Shown piece after piece: positions 29,732 to 38,912 of a stretch of 64,000 nt of DNA. Location of the stretch: assembly GCA_037200965.1 (NCBI GenBank), contig JBBCGK010000001.1, forward strand, positions 433,992-497,991, read 5' to 3'. This DNA is from a bacterium (GTDB lineage: Bacteria; Patescibacteriota; Minisyncoccia; Phycocordibacterales; Phycocordibacteraceae). The translations under genes and the position numbers were made by a program. Positions within the stretch are counted from its first letter, which is position 1. Each line of letters opens with the position of its first letter. Below the pieces are notes generated by a model, which did not search any database, was not told where the DNA came from, and saw only the letters and a program-made list of their open reading frames with translations.

Positions 29732-31969
29732 ATGAAGAAAGCCAAGAAGAAAAATGTCGAGACGTACGAAACGCTGTTGCGGATCGCTGCGGCCATAGTA
29801 CTTCTCGCCCTTGGCGCGCTTATGGGACTTGCGGCGTTCGCGGACCTTGGCGGATCTCCTCTTGCGGGTCCAGTCGGCTCTACGATATTCGGGTTTGCGT
29901 ATCTTCTCGTCGGTATCGGCGCATTTCTTCTGCCGCTCCTTATGATTTGGCTTGGAATCTATGCGGGTTTCAGGCGTCCGCGCATCGCGCCCCTTACCGC
30001 AGCCGGTACCGCGCTCATCCTCGCTGCGGTGCTCGCTTTCGCCGGGCTGTTTTCCAAAACCGTCGGAGGCCTTGCAGGTGCTTCCCTTGGAGACGAACTT
30101 CAACAGTTCTTCGGATTTTGGGGGGCGCTTGTCCTGGTACTTGCGATAGCAGCTGCGGGGATCGTTATCGTAAGCGATGTGGCGGCCATAGTACGTGTAC
30201 TGGTAAACGCGCTCGCCGCGCTTGGCCGGGCAATCGGGAACGCGTGGCTTGCGGCGATTGCGCGCAGGCGCGAACGAAGGCTTGAGCGACAGGCGCAGGA
30301 GCTTGAAGACAACATTGCTACAGAATCTTCGGAAACGGAGGCCGAAGTGGCACCACAGGAAGTATCGGATGAGCTCGTCGAGCGAGACCCGCTCGTCACG
30401 ATGTTTAACGAAAGCCCGTCCCAAGCCCGTGCGGCGTCCCCCGGCGGCATCCCGAGCTTTGATGCCGAGTACGACGCCCCTCCCCTCTCACTCCTTGGGG
30501 GCGACAAGGGCAAGCCTGACGTAGGCGACATAAAGGCGAACGCCAATATCATCAAGCGCACGTTCCAAAATTTCGGCATTAACGTGGAGATGGACGAAGT
30601 ATCGGTTGGCCCTACCGTCACGCGCTACGCGATAAAACCGGCGGAAGGAGTGCGACTTTCAAAAATAATATCGCTCCAAAACAACCTTGAGCTTGCACTC
30701 GCCGCGCATCCCGTGCGCATCGAGGCGCCGATCCCAGGCAAGTCGCTTGTCGGTATCGAGGTCCCGAACGCCTCAAAAGCGACCGTGGGCCTCGGCGGCG
30801 TTATGGGCGCGCCGGAGTGGACCAAGAGCGCGAAGCCGCTTCTCGCGGCGCTTGGCCGTGATATCACCGGCACGCCGCACTACGTGAACATCGCGAAGAT
30901 GCCGCACGGACTTGTCGCGGGCGCGACCGGTTCCGGAAAGTCGGTTGCCATGCACGCAATCATCACTTCCCTGCTCTATCGGAACGGCCCGAACCAGCTG
31001 CGGTTCATCATGGTCGACCCGAAGCGCGTCGAGCTCACCCTCTATAACGGCATCCCCCACCTTCTCACGCCCGTCATCACCGACTCGAAGAAGGCGATCC
31101 TTGCGCTTAAGTGGGCGGCGAAGGAAATGGAACGCCGCTACAACATCCTCGAGGCCGAGACCGTGCGCGATATTGATTCCTATCACGCGACCGTCTTTGA
31201 GCCCGCAAAGAAACTTAAGGGCGAGGCGCGCCCGGAAGCGATGCCGTTCATTGTCATCGTCATCGACGAGCTCGCCGATATTATGCAGACCTATCCGCGG
31301 GAACTCGAAGCGGCTATCGTGCGCCTTGCGCAGATGAGCCGCGCCGTGGGCATCCACCTGGTCCTTTCGACACAGCGCCCTTCGGTGAATGTCATCACCG
31401 GCCTCATCAAGGCGAACGTGCCAACGCGTATGGCGCTTCAGGTGGCCTCGCAGATCGATTCGCGCACCATTCTCGACTCGGGCGGCGCCGAAATGCTTCT
31501 TGGCGCCGGGGACATGCTCTATCTCTCGGCCGATATGCAAAAGCCGGTACGCATCCAGACCGCCTATATAGGAGAGGGTGAAGTGAAGAAGGTGGTGCAG
31601 TATATAAAAAAGAACAATGCGGGCGATCTTTCTTCGCTTGACCTTGGAGGTACAGGCGGCGCATCTGAAGGCCCGAATGACGCGATCCTCATGGCGGGAG
31701 AAGATGACGACGTGGACGACGACCTCTACACACAGGCAAAGGCAGCGGTCGAAGAAGCGGGCCGGGCTTCCACGTCGTACCTGCAGCGCAAGCTCCGCAT
31801 CGGATATTCCCGCGCGGCCCGCCTCATGGATCTCCTTGAGGCCAAGGGGGTCATCGGCACTGCCGATGGCAGTAAGCCCCGAGAGGTGCTCACGGCAGCG
31901 GGAGCCGCGGCAGCCGCGTCTTCCGCCGATCTCTCCCCTTCCGAAGATGAAGAACCGTCAGTCTTCTAG
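29732..31969 (+). CDS. ftsK: DNA translocase FtsK/SpoIIIE
   Basis: N-terminal TM segments, the motor domain with Walker A GATGSGKSV and Walker B IVIVIDELADIM, and a C-terminal gamma wHTH (ASTSYLQRKLRIGYSRAARLMDLLE). Confidence 0.92.
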   Translation: MKKAKKKNVETYETLLRIAAAIVLLALGALMGLAAFADLGGSPLAGPVGSTIFGFAYLLVGIGAFLLPLLMIWLGIYAGFRRPRIAPLTAAGTALILAAVLAFAGLFSKTVGGLAGASLGDELQQFFGFWGALVLVLAIAAAGIVIVSDVAAIVRVLVNALAALGRAIGNAWLAAIARRRERRLERQAQELEDNIATESSETEAEVAPQEVSDELVERDPLVTMFNESPSQARAASPGGIPSFDAEYDAPPLSLLGGDKGKPDVGDIKANANIIKRTFQNFGINVEMDEVSVGPTVTRYAIKPAEGVRLSKIISLQNNLELALAAHPVRIEAPIPGKSLVGIEVPNASKATVGLGGVMGAPEWTKSAKPLLAALGRDITGTPHYVNIAKMPHGLVAGATGSGKSVAMHAIITSLLYRNGPNQLRFIMVDPKRVELTLYNGIPHLLTPVITDSKKAILALKWAAKEMERRYNILEAETVRDIDSYHATVFEPAKKLKGEARPEAMPFIVIVIDELADIMQTYPRELEAAIVRLAQMSRAVGIHLVLSTQRPSVNVITGLIKANVPTRMALQVASQIDSRTILDSGGAEMLLGAGDMLYLSADMQKPVRIQTAYIGEGEVKKVVQYIKKNNAGDLSSLDLGGTGGASEGPNDAILMAGEDDDVDDDLYTQAKAAVEEAGRASTSYLQRKLRIGYSRAARLMDLLEAKGVIGTADGSKPREVLTAAGAAAAASSADLSPSEDEEPSVF

Positions 31970-31984
31970 GGCGCCGAAGACGCC

Positions 31985-32311
31985 ATGCTAGTCCGTATAG
32001 CTATCCCCCTGGTACTTCTCGCCATTCTTGGCTTCGGGGTCGTGAAAGGACTGCCGCTTGTCCTCGGGCCCCGCATCGTCCTTTCTTCCCCCGCAGACGG
32101 GGCCGTTATTCCCGACGGATTCCTCGTGGTCTCCGGCACCGCGTACCGGATCGACTCGCTCACCCTCAACGGCGCAAAGATTCTCCCGGAGGCCAGCGGG
32201 CACTTCGAGAAGCTCCTGGTACTCCCTTCGGGGCATACTATACTGTCCCTGACCGCCGCCGACCGCTTCGGGAGGTCCACGATCCTTCGCCGCACGGTCG
32301 TCGTTCCGTAG
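31985..32311 (+). CDS. Hypothetical membrane-anchored protein
   Basis: 108 aa with an N-terminal TM segment (LVRIAIPLVLLAILGFGVV) and a beta-rich remainder. Confidence 0.5.
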   Translation: MLVRIAIPLVLLAILGFGVVKGLPLVLGPRIVLSSPADGAVIPDGFLVVSGTAYRIDSLTLNGAKILPEASGHFEKLLVLPSGHTILSLTAADRFGRSTILRRTVVVP

Positions 32312-32361
32312 TCCTTTGTTTCAGATTTATTTCATAACTTACCCGTTAGCCTTACGAAACC

Positions 32362-33411
32362 ATGGCCGCCAAGAAATCCGCAAAGACCGCAGAAAAAGAA
32401 AATCAGGCCGAAGGGGCCGCGCCTCAGTCCGACAAGCAGAAGTCTATCGACCGTGCGATCAAGGAAATCCAGACCAAGTTCGGCGATGAGGCCATCATGA
32501 CGTATGGCTCCACTTCCCCGGCAAAAATCGCATTCGTTCCGACGGGCTCGATCGGGCTCGACGCGGCGCTCGGGATCGGCGGGCTTCCCCGCGGCCGCAT
32601 CATCGAAATATACGGGCCAGAATCCTCAGGCAAGACGACGCTTGCGCTCCATGTGATAAGCGAAGCACAGAAGCTTGGCGGCATCTGCGCGTTCGTCGAC
32701 GCCGAACATGCGCTTGATCCGGAATACGCACGCAGGATCGGCGTACGGCTCCAAGAGCTTTTGATATCGCAGCCGGATACCGGCGAACAGGCGCTCGAGA
32801 TCGTCGAGAGCCTCGTGCGCGCCGGCTCGGTCGACGTGATCGTGGTCGACTCGGTCGCCGCGCTTACCCCGAAAGACGAGATCGAGGGCGACATGGGACA
32901 GGCCCAGATGGGCAAGCAGGCCAGACTCATGTCCCAGGCGCTCAGGAAGCTCACGGCCATCACCGCGAAGTCGAAGACCATCATCATTTTCATCAACCAG
33001 ATCCGCATGCAGCTCGGCGTGATGTTCGGGAATCCCGAGACGACGACCGGCGGCAAAGCCCTCAAGTTCTATACTTCCGTGCGCCTCGACATCAGGCGCA
33101 TCGCATCCATCAAGAAGGGCGAAGAAGTTGTCGGCGGGAGGGTGCGGGTGAAGGTGGTGAAGAACAAGGTGGCGGCGCCCTTTAAGACCACCGAGTTCGA
33201 TCTCCTCTATAACGAAGGCATCAGCCGCGAAGGCGAGCTTATCGCGCTTGGTGAGAAGTATGAGCTCGTGCAGAAATCAGGCAATACGTACAAATTCGGC
33301 GAACAGAAGCTTGCCGTCGGGTACGATGCTTCGCGCACCTTCCTCAGGGAGAACAAGGCTATCGCGAACGATCTTCTGAAGCAGATCAGAGCGAAGCTTG
33401 CGGAGGGGTAA
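32362..33411 (+). CDS. recA: Recombinase RecA
   Basis: [39 protein letters not shown] and [22 protein letters not shown]. Confidence 0.95.
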   Translation: MAAKKSAKTAEKENQAEGAAPQSDKQKSIDRAIKEIQTKFGDEAIMTYGSTSPAKIAFVPTGSIGLDAALGIGGLPRGRIIEIYGPESSGKTTLALHVISEAQKLGGICAFVDAEHALDPEYARRIGVRLQELLISQPDTGEQALEIVESLVRAGSVDVIVVDSVAALTPKDEIEGDMGQAQMGKQARLMSQALRKLTAITAKSKTIIIFINQIRMQLGVMFGNPETTTGGKALKFYTSVRLDIRRIASIKKGEEVVGGRVRVKVVKNKVAAPFKTTEFDLLYNEGISREGELIALGEKYELVQKSGNTYKFGEQKLAVGYDASRTFLRENKAIANDLLKQIRAKLAEG

Positions 33412-33417
33412 ATTCTT

Positions 33418-34158
33418 ATGAGGGAAGGATACGTCGCTCCGAAGCAATCAGGTGAGACATCGCCTGAAATGCGGATTACCGCTTGTATCGGAGCAAAGGC
33501 GGATTTCGACCCGTACACACGAGCAGATATACACGATTTGGACGCCATCCCCGTCGACTATTACGGGAACACAAAAAAATGGAACCGCTTCAATCAACTT
33601 AATGGAGGCGAGGGTACCTATGTAATTTCGGCCATCGATGCAAGCAATAAGGAATCGAAAGATTATCTCGACTGTACCGGTCTTGCCGCCGTAGGCACGG
33701 ATAAGAGATCTGGTGAAACTGTTTCGCTTTTGACTCATCAAGACCCCAAACAGATCGTACAAGAACACCGCGATCGGTACATTGTCGATATGACATCGCG
33801 TTTAATGGAATTGCATGACAACTGCTCCCCTCATTCAATCGATGTGATGCTTTTTGGTGGAGCGGCAAGGAATTCCGAAGATATGAAAGGGTACCGAGAA
33901 TCAATTATGCTTCTAAGGAAACTGTGCGAAAAGACCCTAGGCATCGATCCGCATGTCGTAGTAGGACCGAACAATCCTGATTTTAATCAATGGGATTGGG
34001 AGGTTGGAGCGGTACTCGATACCAAGCATCGGCGACTTTATATTACTCGAGCGCCACAAGATACAGTTCGTGATGCCGAAACTAGTTTTGGATTCAAAGC
34101 TTCTGAACTCGAAAACGTCGAGAGGCGGTGGCGAAACCCTTCCAACGGAAAAACTTAA
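33418..34158 (+). CDS. Hypothetical protein
   Basis: 246-aa ORF starting 6 nt after recA. Codon usage is visibly more AT-rich than in neighbouring genes. No motif recognised. Confidence 0.55.
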   Translation: MREGYVAPKQSGETSPEMRITACIGAKADFDPYTRADIHDLDAIPVDYYGNTKKWNRFNQLNGGEGTYVISAIDASNKESKDYLDCTGLAAVGTDKRSGETVSLLTHQDPKQIVQEHRDRYIVDMTSRLMELHDNCSPHSIDVMLFGGAARNSEDMKGYRESIMLLRKLCEKTLGIDPHVVVGPNNPDFNQWDWEVGAVLDTKHRRLYITRAPQDTVRDAETSFGFKASELENVERRWRNPSNGKT

Positions 34159-34177
34159 TGGGTATCGTTTAGAATTT

Positions 34178-34513
34178 CTAGGCTTGTACTGAAATAGCAG
34201 CAGAAAAAACAAACGCCCGCGCGGTCTCGCGCGCAAGATAGACAACCGCCACGAGCACGACGAGCGAAAGCAGCTGTACCGGCAGGCGTGTGTCAAGAAA
34301 TGCAGAGACCCAGAAGTGCATAAAGGCGTTTATATGCGCGAGCGACGGCGCGTTCGCAAATACCTTCGCCACCCACACTTCCCTGCCGATGCCGTAGAGC
34401 GCGAATGCGGCAAGAATAAGTGCCCCGGTCTCGAGGCTCAGGGCCATGCGCGAAGCGCGTATGATGCGCACCCGGCGCATCACGGTTTTCTGGATCGCAG
34501 AGGTTGGTTCCAT
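34178..34513 (-). CDS. Putative membrane anti-sigma factor
   Basis: 111 aa with two TM segments, directly downstream of the ECF sigma gene (13-nt gap). The assignment is by position only. Confidence 0.45.
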   Translation of the reverse strand: MEPTSAIQKTVMRRVRIIRASRMALSLETGALILAAFALYGIGREVWVAKVFANAPSLAHINAFMHFWVSAFLDTRLPVQLLSLVVLVAVVYLARETARAFVFSAAISVQA

Positions 34514-34526
34514 ACGGAAAAGATAA

Positions 34527-35111
34527 CTAGCGCTGCTTGTTAAAAGTTTCCCTGAAAAGCTTCTTCGCCCGGTGTACCCGCGTCTTCACGGCCGAGACGC
34601 TCGCGCCTTCTATTCGCGCCATTTCCTCTTGGTTTTTTCCTTCAAGGAATTGGAGTCTCAAAAGCCTTGCGGCGGACTCCGGAAGCTTCGCGAGCGCCTG
34701 GAGCACCTCGTCCCTAGCGGTAAGGTCAGCAACGAAATCCTCGCGGTCGGCGATGCGCTCGAAGCTTTCGGGCTCTAACTCGGTGCGCACGCCCCGCTCG
34801 GCTTTCAGTTTCTGATACTTGGTATAGGCGACCCGGTTGAGGATGGCATACGCCCAGGAAGAGAAGCTCGCGCCCTCCTGGGCCTCATAGCGGTCGGCGT
34901 AGAGGTATATGCGGGTGAAGGCGTCCTGCACCGCCTCTTCCGCGTCCTCGTCGCTCCGGAGTATCGCTTTGGCCCGCCGGAGCAGGGGTGCCTCGTAGCG
35001 GGCGACGAGGATGGCGAAATGCTCGGGAGAACTTCGGGAAAGGACGAGTATCTCGGCGTCGGGAAGCTCGGGGGCCGCCTCTCTTGAAAAGCTCATAATA
35101 GCCTGTATCAT
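34527..35111 (-). CDS. ECF-type RNA polymerase sigma factor (sigma-70 family)
   Basis: Region 2 (AEEAVQDAFTRIYLYADRY...FSSWAYAILNRV) and region 4 HTH (QEEMARIEGASVSAVKTRVHRAKKLF). Confidence 0.88.
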   Translation of the reverse strand: MIQAIMSFSREAAPELPDAEILVLSRSSPEHFAILVARYEAPLLRRAKAILRSDEDAEEAVQDAFTRIYLYADRYEAQEGASFSSWAYAILNRVAYTKYQKLKAERGVRTELEPESFERIADREDFVADLTARDEVLQALAKLPESAARLLRLQFLEGKNQEEMARIEGASVSAVKTRVHRAKKLFRETFNKQR

Positions 35112-35186
35112 ACGCTACATCCGCGGGTCGGACATTTTTTATAACCGCCCTTCCCCGCCGTTAGTTTCAAGCACTAATCAATCCCT

Positions 35187-35762
35187 ATGGCAGTACTCAG
35201 CTACAACGAGATAGTCCCGAAGGTCGTGATCGAATACGAAGGCGCTCCGTACGAGGTGCTCTCCTCGCACGTGTTCCGCATGCAGATGAGGAAGCCCGTG
35301 AACCAGACCAAGCTCCGAAGCATGCTCACGGGCAAGGTCACCGAGATATCCTTTCACCAGAGCGAAACGGTCAAGGAAGCCGATATCTCGACTATGGAAG
35401 CGAACTATCTCTATACCAACCGCGGCCAGTCGTGGTTTGCCGAAACCGGCAACGCGAAGAACCGTTTCTTTTTCGAGGAGGACGCCGTATCTGACAAGGT
35501 GAAATACCTGGTCCCAAATTCGGAAGTCGAGATATTCCAATACGAGGGCAAGCAGGTCTCCGTGAAGATTCCGGTCAAGATCGATCTTAAAGTCACCGAC
35601 GCTCCCCCGGCCGTCAAAGGAAACACCGCCCAGGGCGGCAGCAAGCTCGTCACGCTTGAGAGCGGGGCGACCGTAAACGTTCCGCTCTTCATAAACGAGG
35701 GGGATATCCTCCGCCTCAACACGGACACGGGCGAATACGTGGAACGGGTCGAGAAAGCGTAA
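35187..35762 (+). CDS. efp: Elongation factor P
   Basis: 191 aa. VIEYEGAPYEVLSSHVFRMQMRKPVNQTKLRSMLTGKV and the three-domain EF-P length. Confidence 0.9.
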   Translation: MAVLSYNEIVPKVVIEYEGAPYEVLSSHVFRMQMRKPVNQTKLRSMLTGKVTEISFHQSETVKEADISTMEANYLYTNRGQSWFAETGNAKNRFFFEEDAVSDKVKYLVPNSEVEIFQYEGKQVSVKIPVKIDLKVTDAPPAVKGNTAQGGSKLVTLESGATVNVPLFINEGDILRLNTDTGEYVERVEKA

Positions 35763-35766
35763 AGCG

Positions 35767-35796
35767 AAATGGCGGGACCCCGGGGTCCCGCCATTT
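35767..35796. terminator. Rho-independent terminator after efp
   Basis: AAATGGCGGGACC-CCGG-GGTCCCGCCATTT. Confidence 0.75.
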
Positions 35797-35817
35797 ACTG
35801 CAGCTCCGTTTCTTCGA

Positions 35818-36369
35818 TCATCGTGACCTCCGGCCGGTCCGAACGGTCACGGAAGAGTCCGAAGCGACGAACGTCAGTCCGTCAGGCGTAAGCGCGTAGG
35901 GAAGGAGGAAATATGATTTTCCCTGCGGTACGCCATATTCGCCTTCCCGTCCGAACCATTGCGAGCGAATACCAAAGACGGTGAAAACCCGCGCGACCGC
36001 GATTACGCGGCACGCTCCCGCGCCGGAGATCGCGACAAATCGCGCTCTTGCTACGCGTAGCGATACCGCATGCTCGAGCCTCTGCGTCATGTCGTGCCGA
36101 GCTACCGCTTGAACGACTGGTTCCGGCCATTTCAAACATTCAGCCGCTTTCACGCTTGCCGCCCGAATCTCGGCTACAGTCAATCGCCCGCCGACCGCTG
36201 ACGGGCGATCATACAGGTCGACAGACCAATCAAGCGCCATGATGAACATCATCCCGAGCGTGAATATGATGCTCGACCTCGGGATTGCCGCCTCTACTTC
36301 GGCAAGCAGTCTTTGCAACGTTTTGAGCCCAAGCACCGCAGCGCGCCGAGGCCAGGTTTGAATCCGCAT
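35818..36369 (-). CDS. Hypothetical protein (uncertain)
   Basis: 183-aa ORF with no recognisable motif. It is Arg/Ala-rich, so it could be a GC-driven spurious ORF. Confidence 0.35.
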   Translation of the reverse strand: MRIQTWPRRAAVLGLKTLQRLLAEVEAAIPRSSIIFTLGMMFIMALDWSVDLYDRPSAVGGRLTVAEIRAASVKAAECLKWPEPVVQAVARHDMTQRLEHAVSLRVARARFVAISGAGACRVIAVARVFTVFGIRSQWFGREGEYGVPQGKSYFLLPYALTPDGLTFVASDSSVTVRTGRRSR

Positions 36370-36455
36370 CGCTTTCGGGCCTCGTTAAGGTACGGGCGGC
36401 ACCCCGTGTGCCGCCGCTTCCTGAAGCGGAGAGTGCCACAGCAAAAATGTAAACG

Positions 36456-36483
36456 CAAGAAGGCGGTAAAAACCGCCTTCTTG
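36456..36483 (-). terminator. Rho-independent terminator after rpsR
   Basis: CAAGAAGGCGG-TAAAAA-CCGCCTTCTTG, 19 nt beyond the rpsR stop. Confidence 0.75.
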
Positions 36484-36501
36484 TAGTTTGCCTAACGAGA
36501 A

Positions 36502-36708
36502 TTACGCCGCGAGGTACGGCATGAGGGCCATGTAGCGGGCGCGCTTTATCGCCTGCGTGATATCGCGCTGCTTTCCGGCCGGAAGTCCGGTGCGCTTTCT
36601 GGGGAGCATCTTCGCGTGCGGGCTCGTGAACTGGCGAAGATATTCCACATCCTTGTAATCGATGTGCTTCTTAAGCTCTACCTCTTCCCGTTCGGATTGA
36701 TATGCCAT
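36502..36708 (-). CDS. rpsR: 30S ribosomal protein S18
   Basis: IDYKDVEYLRQFTSPHAKMLPRKRTGLPAGKQRDITQAIKRARYMALMPY. Confidence 0.92.
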   Translation of the reverse strand: MAYQSEREEVELKKHIDYKDVEYLRQFTSPHAKMLPRKRTGLPAGKQRDITQAIKRARYMALMPYLAA

Positions 36709-36718
36709 AGGTGATTAT

Positions 36719-37168
36719 TTAAAACGGAATGTCTTCCGGGTTGATGTCTTCGTCCGGGTACTGGATCTCGTCGGCGGGCGCGCCCTTGTCCTGGCTTCCC
36801 TCTCCCGCGCCCTCCTGGCCGCGGGTACCTCCGCCCATTCCGGCACCCGCAGGACCGAACTGGAAGTTCTCGACGACGATCTCGGAGCGGTACTTCTTCT
36901 GCCCTTCGCTCTCCCAGGAACGGGTCTGCATGCGGCCTTCGACGAAGATCGCCTTGCCTTTCTTCATGTACTGGCCGATAACTTCCGCCTGGCGGCCGAA
37001 CGCCACGATGTTATGGAACTCGGTCGACTCCTGCTTCGCCCCCTCCTTGTTCTTGTATGTACGGTTGGTCGCGATCGAAAACGACGCGACTTGCTGGCCC
37101 GAAGGGAGCGCGCGGAGTTCCGGATCGCGGGTGAGGTTGCCGTAGACGAAAGCTTTGTTGAGATACAT
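36719..37168 (-). CDS. ssb: Single-stranded DNA-binding protein
   Basis: OB fold MYLNKAFVYGNLTRDPELR...FHNIVAFGRQAE...VEGRMQTRSWE, a Gly-rich tail and the acidic tip DIPF. Confidence 0.92.
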   Translation of the reverse strand: MYLNKAFVYGNLTRDPELRALPSGQQVASFSIATNRTYKNKEGAKQESTEFHNIVAFGRQAEVIGQYMKKGKAIFVEGRMQTRSWESEGQKKYRSEIVVENFQFGPAGAGMGGGTRGQEGAGEGSQDKGAPADEIQYPDEDINPEDIPF

Positions 37169-37180
37169 CTGGGTAAGGTA

Positions 37181-37669
37181 TTAGACGGTCGTAGCCGTTT
37201 CAAGCGCCGCGTCGAGCTCGACTTCGGAGATGCCCTCCTCCTTTTGCGGAACCTGCATGCGGATAGAGCGCAGATCGGCCGCATGACGAGCGGCCTCACG
37301 GTCAGTCTTCACATCGATAAAGCGAATGATGCGCTTCTCTTCCCCCGCTTTCGAGATAACTGCAGCATGTCCTTCGCCTTTCGCTTCATATGCGATCCAT
37401 GCGAAGAACGCGCTGTTGAAGTCGCGGCGTCCGCCTACATCGCTTCTTGAGATGGTGTACGCGAGCGGGATACTTTCCGGCTCTCCCTCGGCAACGATCT
37501 CGCCTGCGGCTTCTGCCGCATCGCGGATGCCCTGATAGACCTTCTTCACTTCCTCGCTTGGAAGCTCGGGGTCGATATGGAAACCAAGCTCGTATACGCG
37601 GGCCTCGCCATCATCGATGTCGGCGTCGAATTCCGCGCTCTCCGCTGCCTGATCCTTCTTCTTGGCCAT
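37181..37669 (-). CDS. rpsF: 30S ribosomal protein S6 (with acidic N-terminal extension)
   Basis: RVYELGFHIDPELPSEEV...PLAYTISR core, in the conserved rpsF-ssb-rpsR order. Confidence 0.8.
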   Translation of the reverse strand: MAKKKDQAAESAEFDADIDDGEARVYELGFHIDPELPSEEVKKVYQGIRDAAEAAGEIVAEGEPESIPLAYTISRSDVGGRRDFNSAFFAWIAYEAKGEGHAAVISKAGEEKRIIRFIDVKTDREAARHAADLRSIRMQVPQKEEGISEVELDAALETATTV

Positions 37670-37726
37670 AATAGGGGCATCCTAGCACGCTGCCCTACCC
37701 CTCGCAAGGCAGCTTTAAAGCGTAAA

Positions 37727-38542
37727 TCAGGCGAGCTTAAAGATCCGCCTGGCGTTTATAAGAAGCGCTTCGCGGACAGTTTCGACTTCCTCCCCGCGGA
37801 TGCGGGCGATGGCGGAGACGACATCCATGACGGCCAAAGGATCGTTCCTCTTCCCCCTGCGGGATGAGGGAGCGACGTAGGGAGAATCGGTTTCGGAGAG
37901 AAGGTGCGTAAGGGGCGCGGCGCGTACCACCTCGTCATAGTCGTGGGTAAAAGTGAGCACGGCCGTATAGGACGTAGTGAAATCAAGCGCGAAGAGCTTG
38001 CGCGCCTCTTCGATGCCGCCTACGAAGAAATGTACATTTCCGGTAAGGCGGTCTCCGTGCTCGCGCTTCGCGCTTTCGAGAATATCGATGAGATCGCTAT
38101 ATGCGTCGACCGTTCCCTTGGAAGGCCGCGCATGAATCATCAGGGGCTTCCCGGTCTCGGCTGCAAGCACGACATGGCTCTCGAATACCGCTCGCTGTTT
38201 TTTCTTCGCTTCGTCGCTTGTATCAACGGGGCGGAAATAGTCTAGCCCGCACTCCCCTATCGAAACTACCTTCGGGTGCGCGGCAAGCGAGCGGAAGGCC
38301 GTCTCGTCGAATCTTTCTTCGGGCGTGTCGTTCGGATGGAGTCCGACAGAGGCGTAGAAGTCGGGACGGCTCTCCACGAGGACTATCGCCTGCTCGGAAG
38401 ACTTCCGGTCGACGCCGACAACGATGCCGCCGACCTCATTCTCCGCAAGATTCTCGAAGAGCCTTCCTCGGTCCTCGTCGAACAGGTCGAACTGGACGTG
38501 GCAATGCGCATCGAAATACTTCATGCGGTTGAACGATAGCAT
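37727..38542 (-). CDS. tatD: TatD-family metal-dependent hydrolase/DNase
   Basis: KYFDAHCHVQF (HxH), ASVGLHP, IGECGLDY, MIHAR, HFFVG and ETDSPYV motifs. The start may be the second Met (38524). Confidence 0.88.
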   Translation of the reverse strand: MLSFNRMKYFDAHCHVQFDLFDEDRGRLFENLAENEVGGIVVGVDRKSSEQAIVLVESRPDFYASVGLHPNDTPEERFDETAFRSLAAHPKVVSIGECGLDYFRPVDTSDEAKKKQRAVFESHVVLAAETGKPLMIHARPSKGTVDAYSDLIDILESAKREHGDRLTGNVHFFVGGIEEARKLFALDFTTSYTAVLTFTHDYDEVVRAAPLTHLLSETDSPYVAPSSRRGKRNDPLAVMDVVSAIARIRGEEVETVREALLINARRIFKLA

Positions 38543-38558
38543 AAAAAGGTCTGAGTGA

Positions 38559-38594
38559 GTTGCACAACCTCCTTTTTACGAACGATCCTGCAGG
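38559..38594 (+). repeat. Array repeat R1
   Basis: Exact 36-mer, 16 bp from the annotated tatD start codon. Confidence 0.98.
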
Positions 38595-38603
38595 TTAAAA
38601 GCC

Positions 38604-38912
38604 GTGACTGATTTTCATCGAAAGCACGGCTACGACGTGGGGACCGGGAACATGGCGGTCATGTCGCTCAGAATTGGACTACTCATAGAAGAACTGGGTG
38701 AACTCCACGCCGTGGTTTCAAAGGGTGTTGGCGACATTTCAGAGGAACACGCAGACCTCTTGTATCTACTTCTTGGAAACTGCGTCACGCTTGGTATTGA
38801 TATAGAAACTGCTTTCTTTGCAAAACATGCCATTAACATGCGGAGGGAAGCCAAGGTAGTGAGGGGGAACCGCCGTGTATCGGATTGGTCCCATGAAAAA
38901 TCTCAGGAATGA
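38604..38912 (+). CDS. MazG-like all-alpha nucleoside triphosphate pyrophosphohydrolase (probably 5'-truncated at R1)
   Basis: LLIEELGELHAVV and EEHADLLYLLLGNCVTLGIDIE are the paired acidic helices of MazG/HisE-type NTP-PPases. The frame is open back through R1, and the only start available is a GTG 9 nt after the repeat. Confidence 0.7.
   Translation: MTDFHRKHGYDVGTGNMAVMSLRIGLLIEELGELHAVVSKGVGDISEEHADLLYLLLGNCVTLGIDIETAFFAKHAINMRREAKVVRGNRRVSDWSHEKSQE

Noticed and set aside
38559-38594. The repeat complement contains AAGGAGG (a perfect Shine-Dalgarno) and 5 of 6 reading frames through the repeat are open, hinting that repeats drive translation or fusion of insert genes
   Set aside because: The SD is only 0-2 nt from the in-repeat TTG/GTG codons, which is too close, and no insert ORF starts at a suitable distance from it. 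Open frames over 12 codons are expected by chance. I treat this as coincidence.
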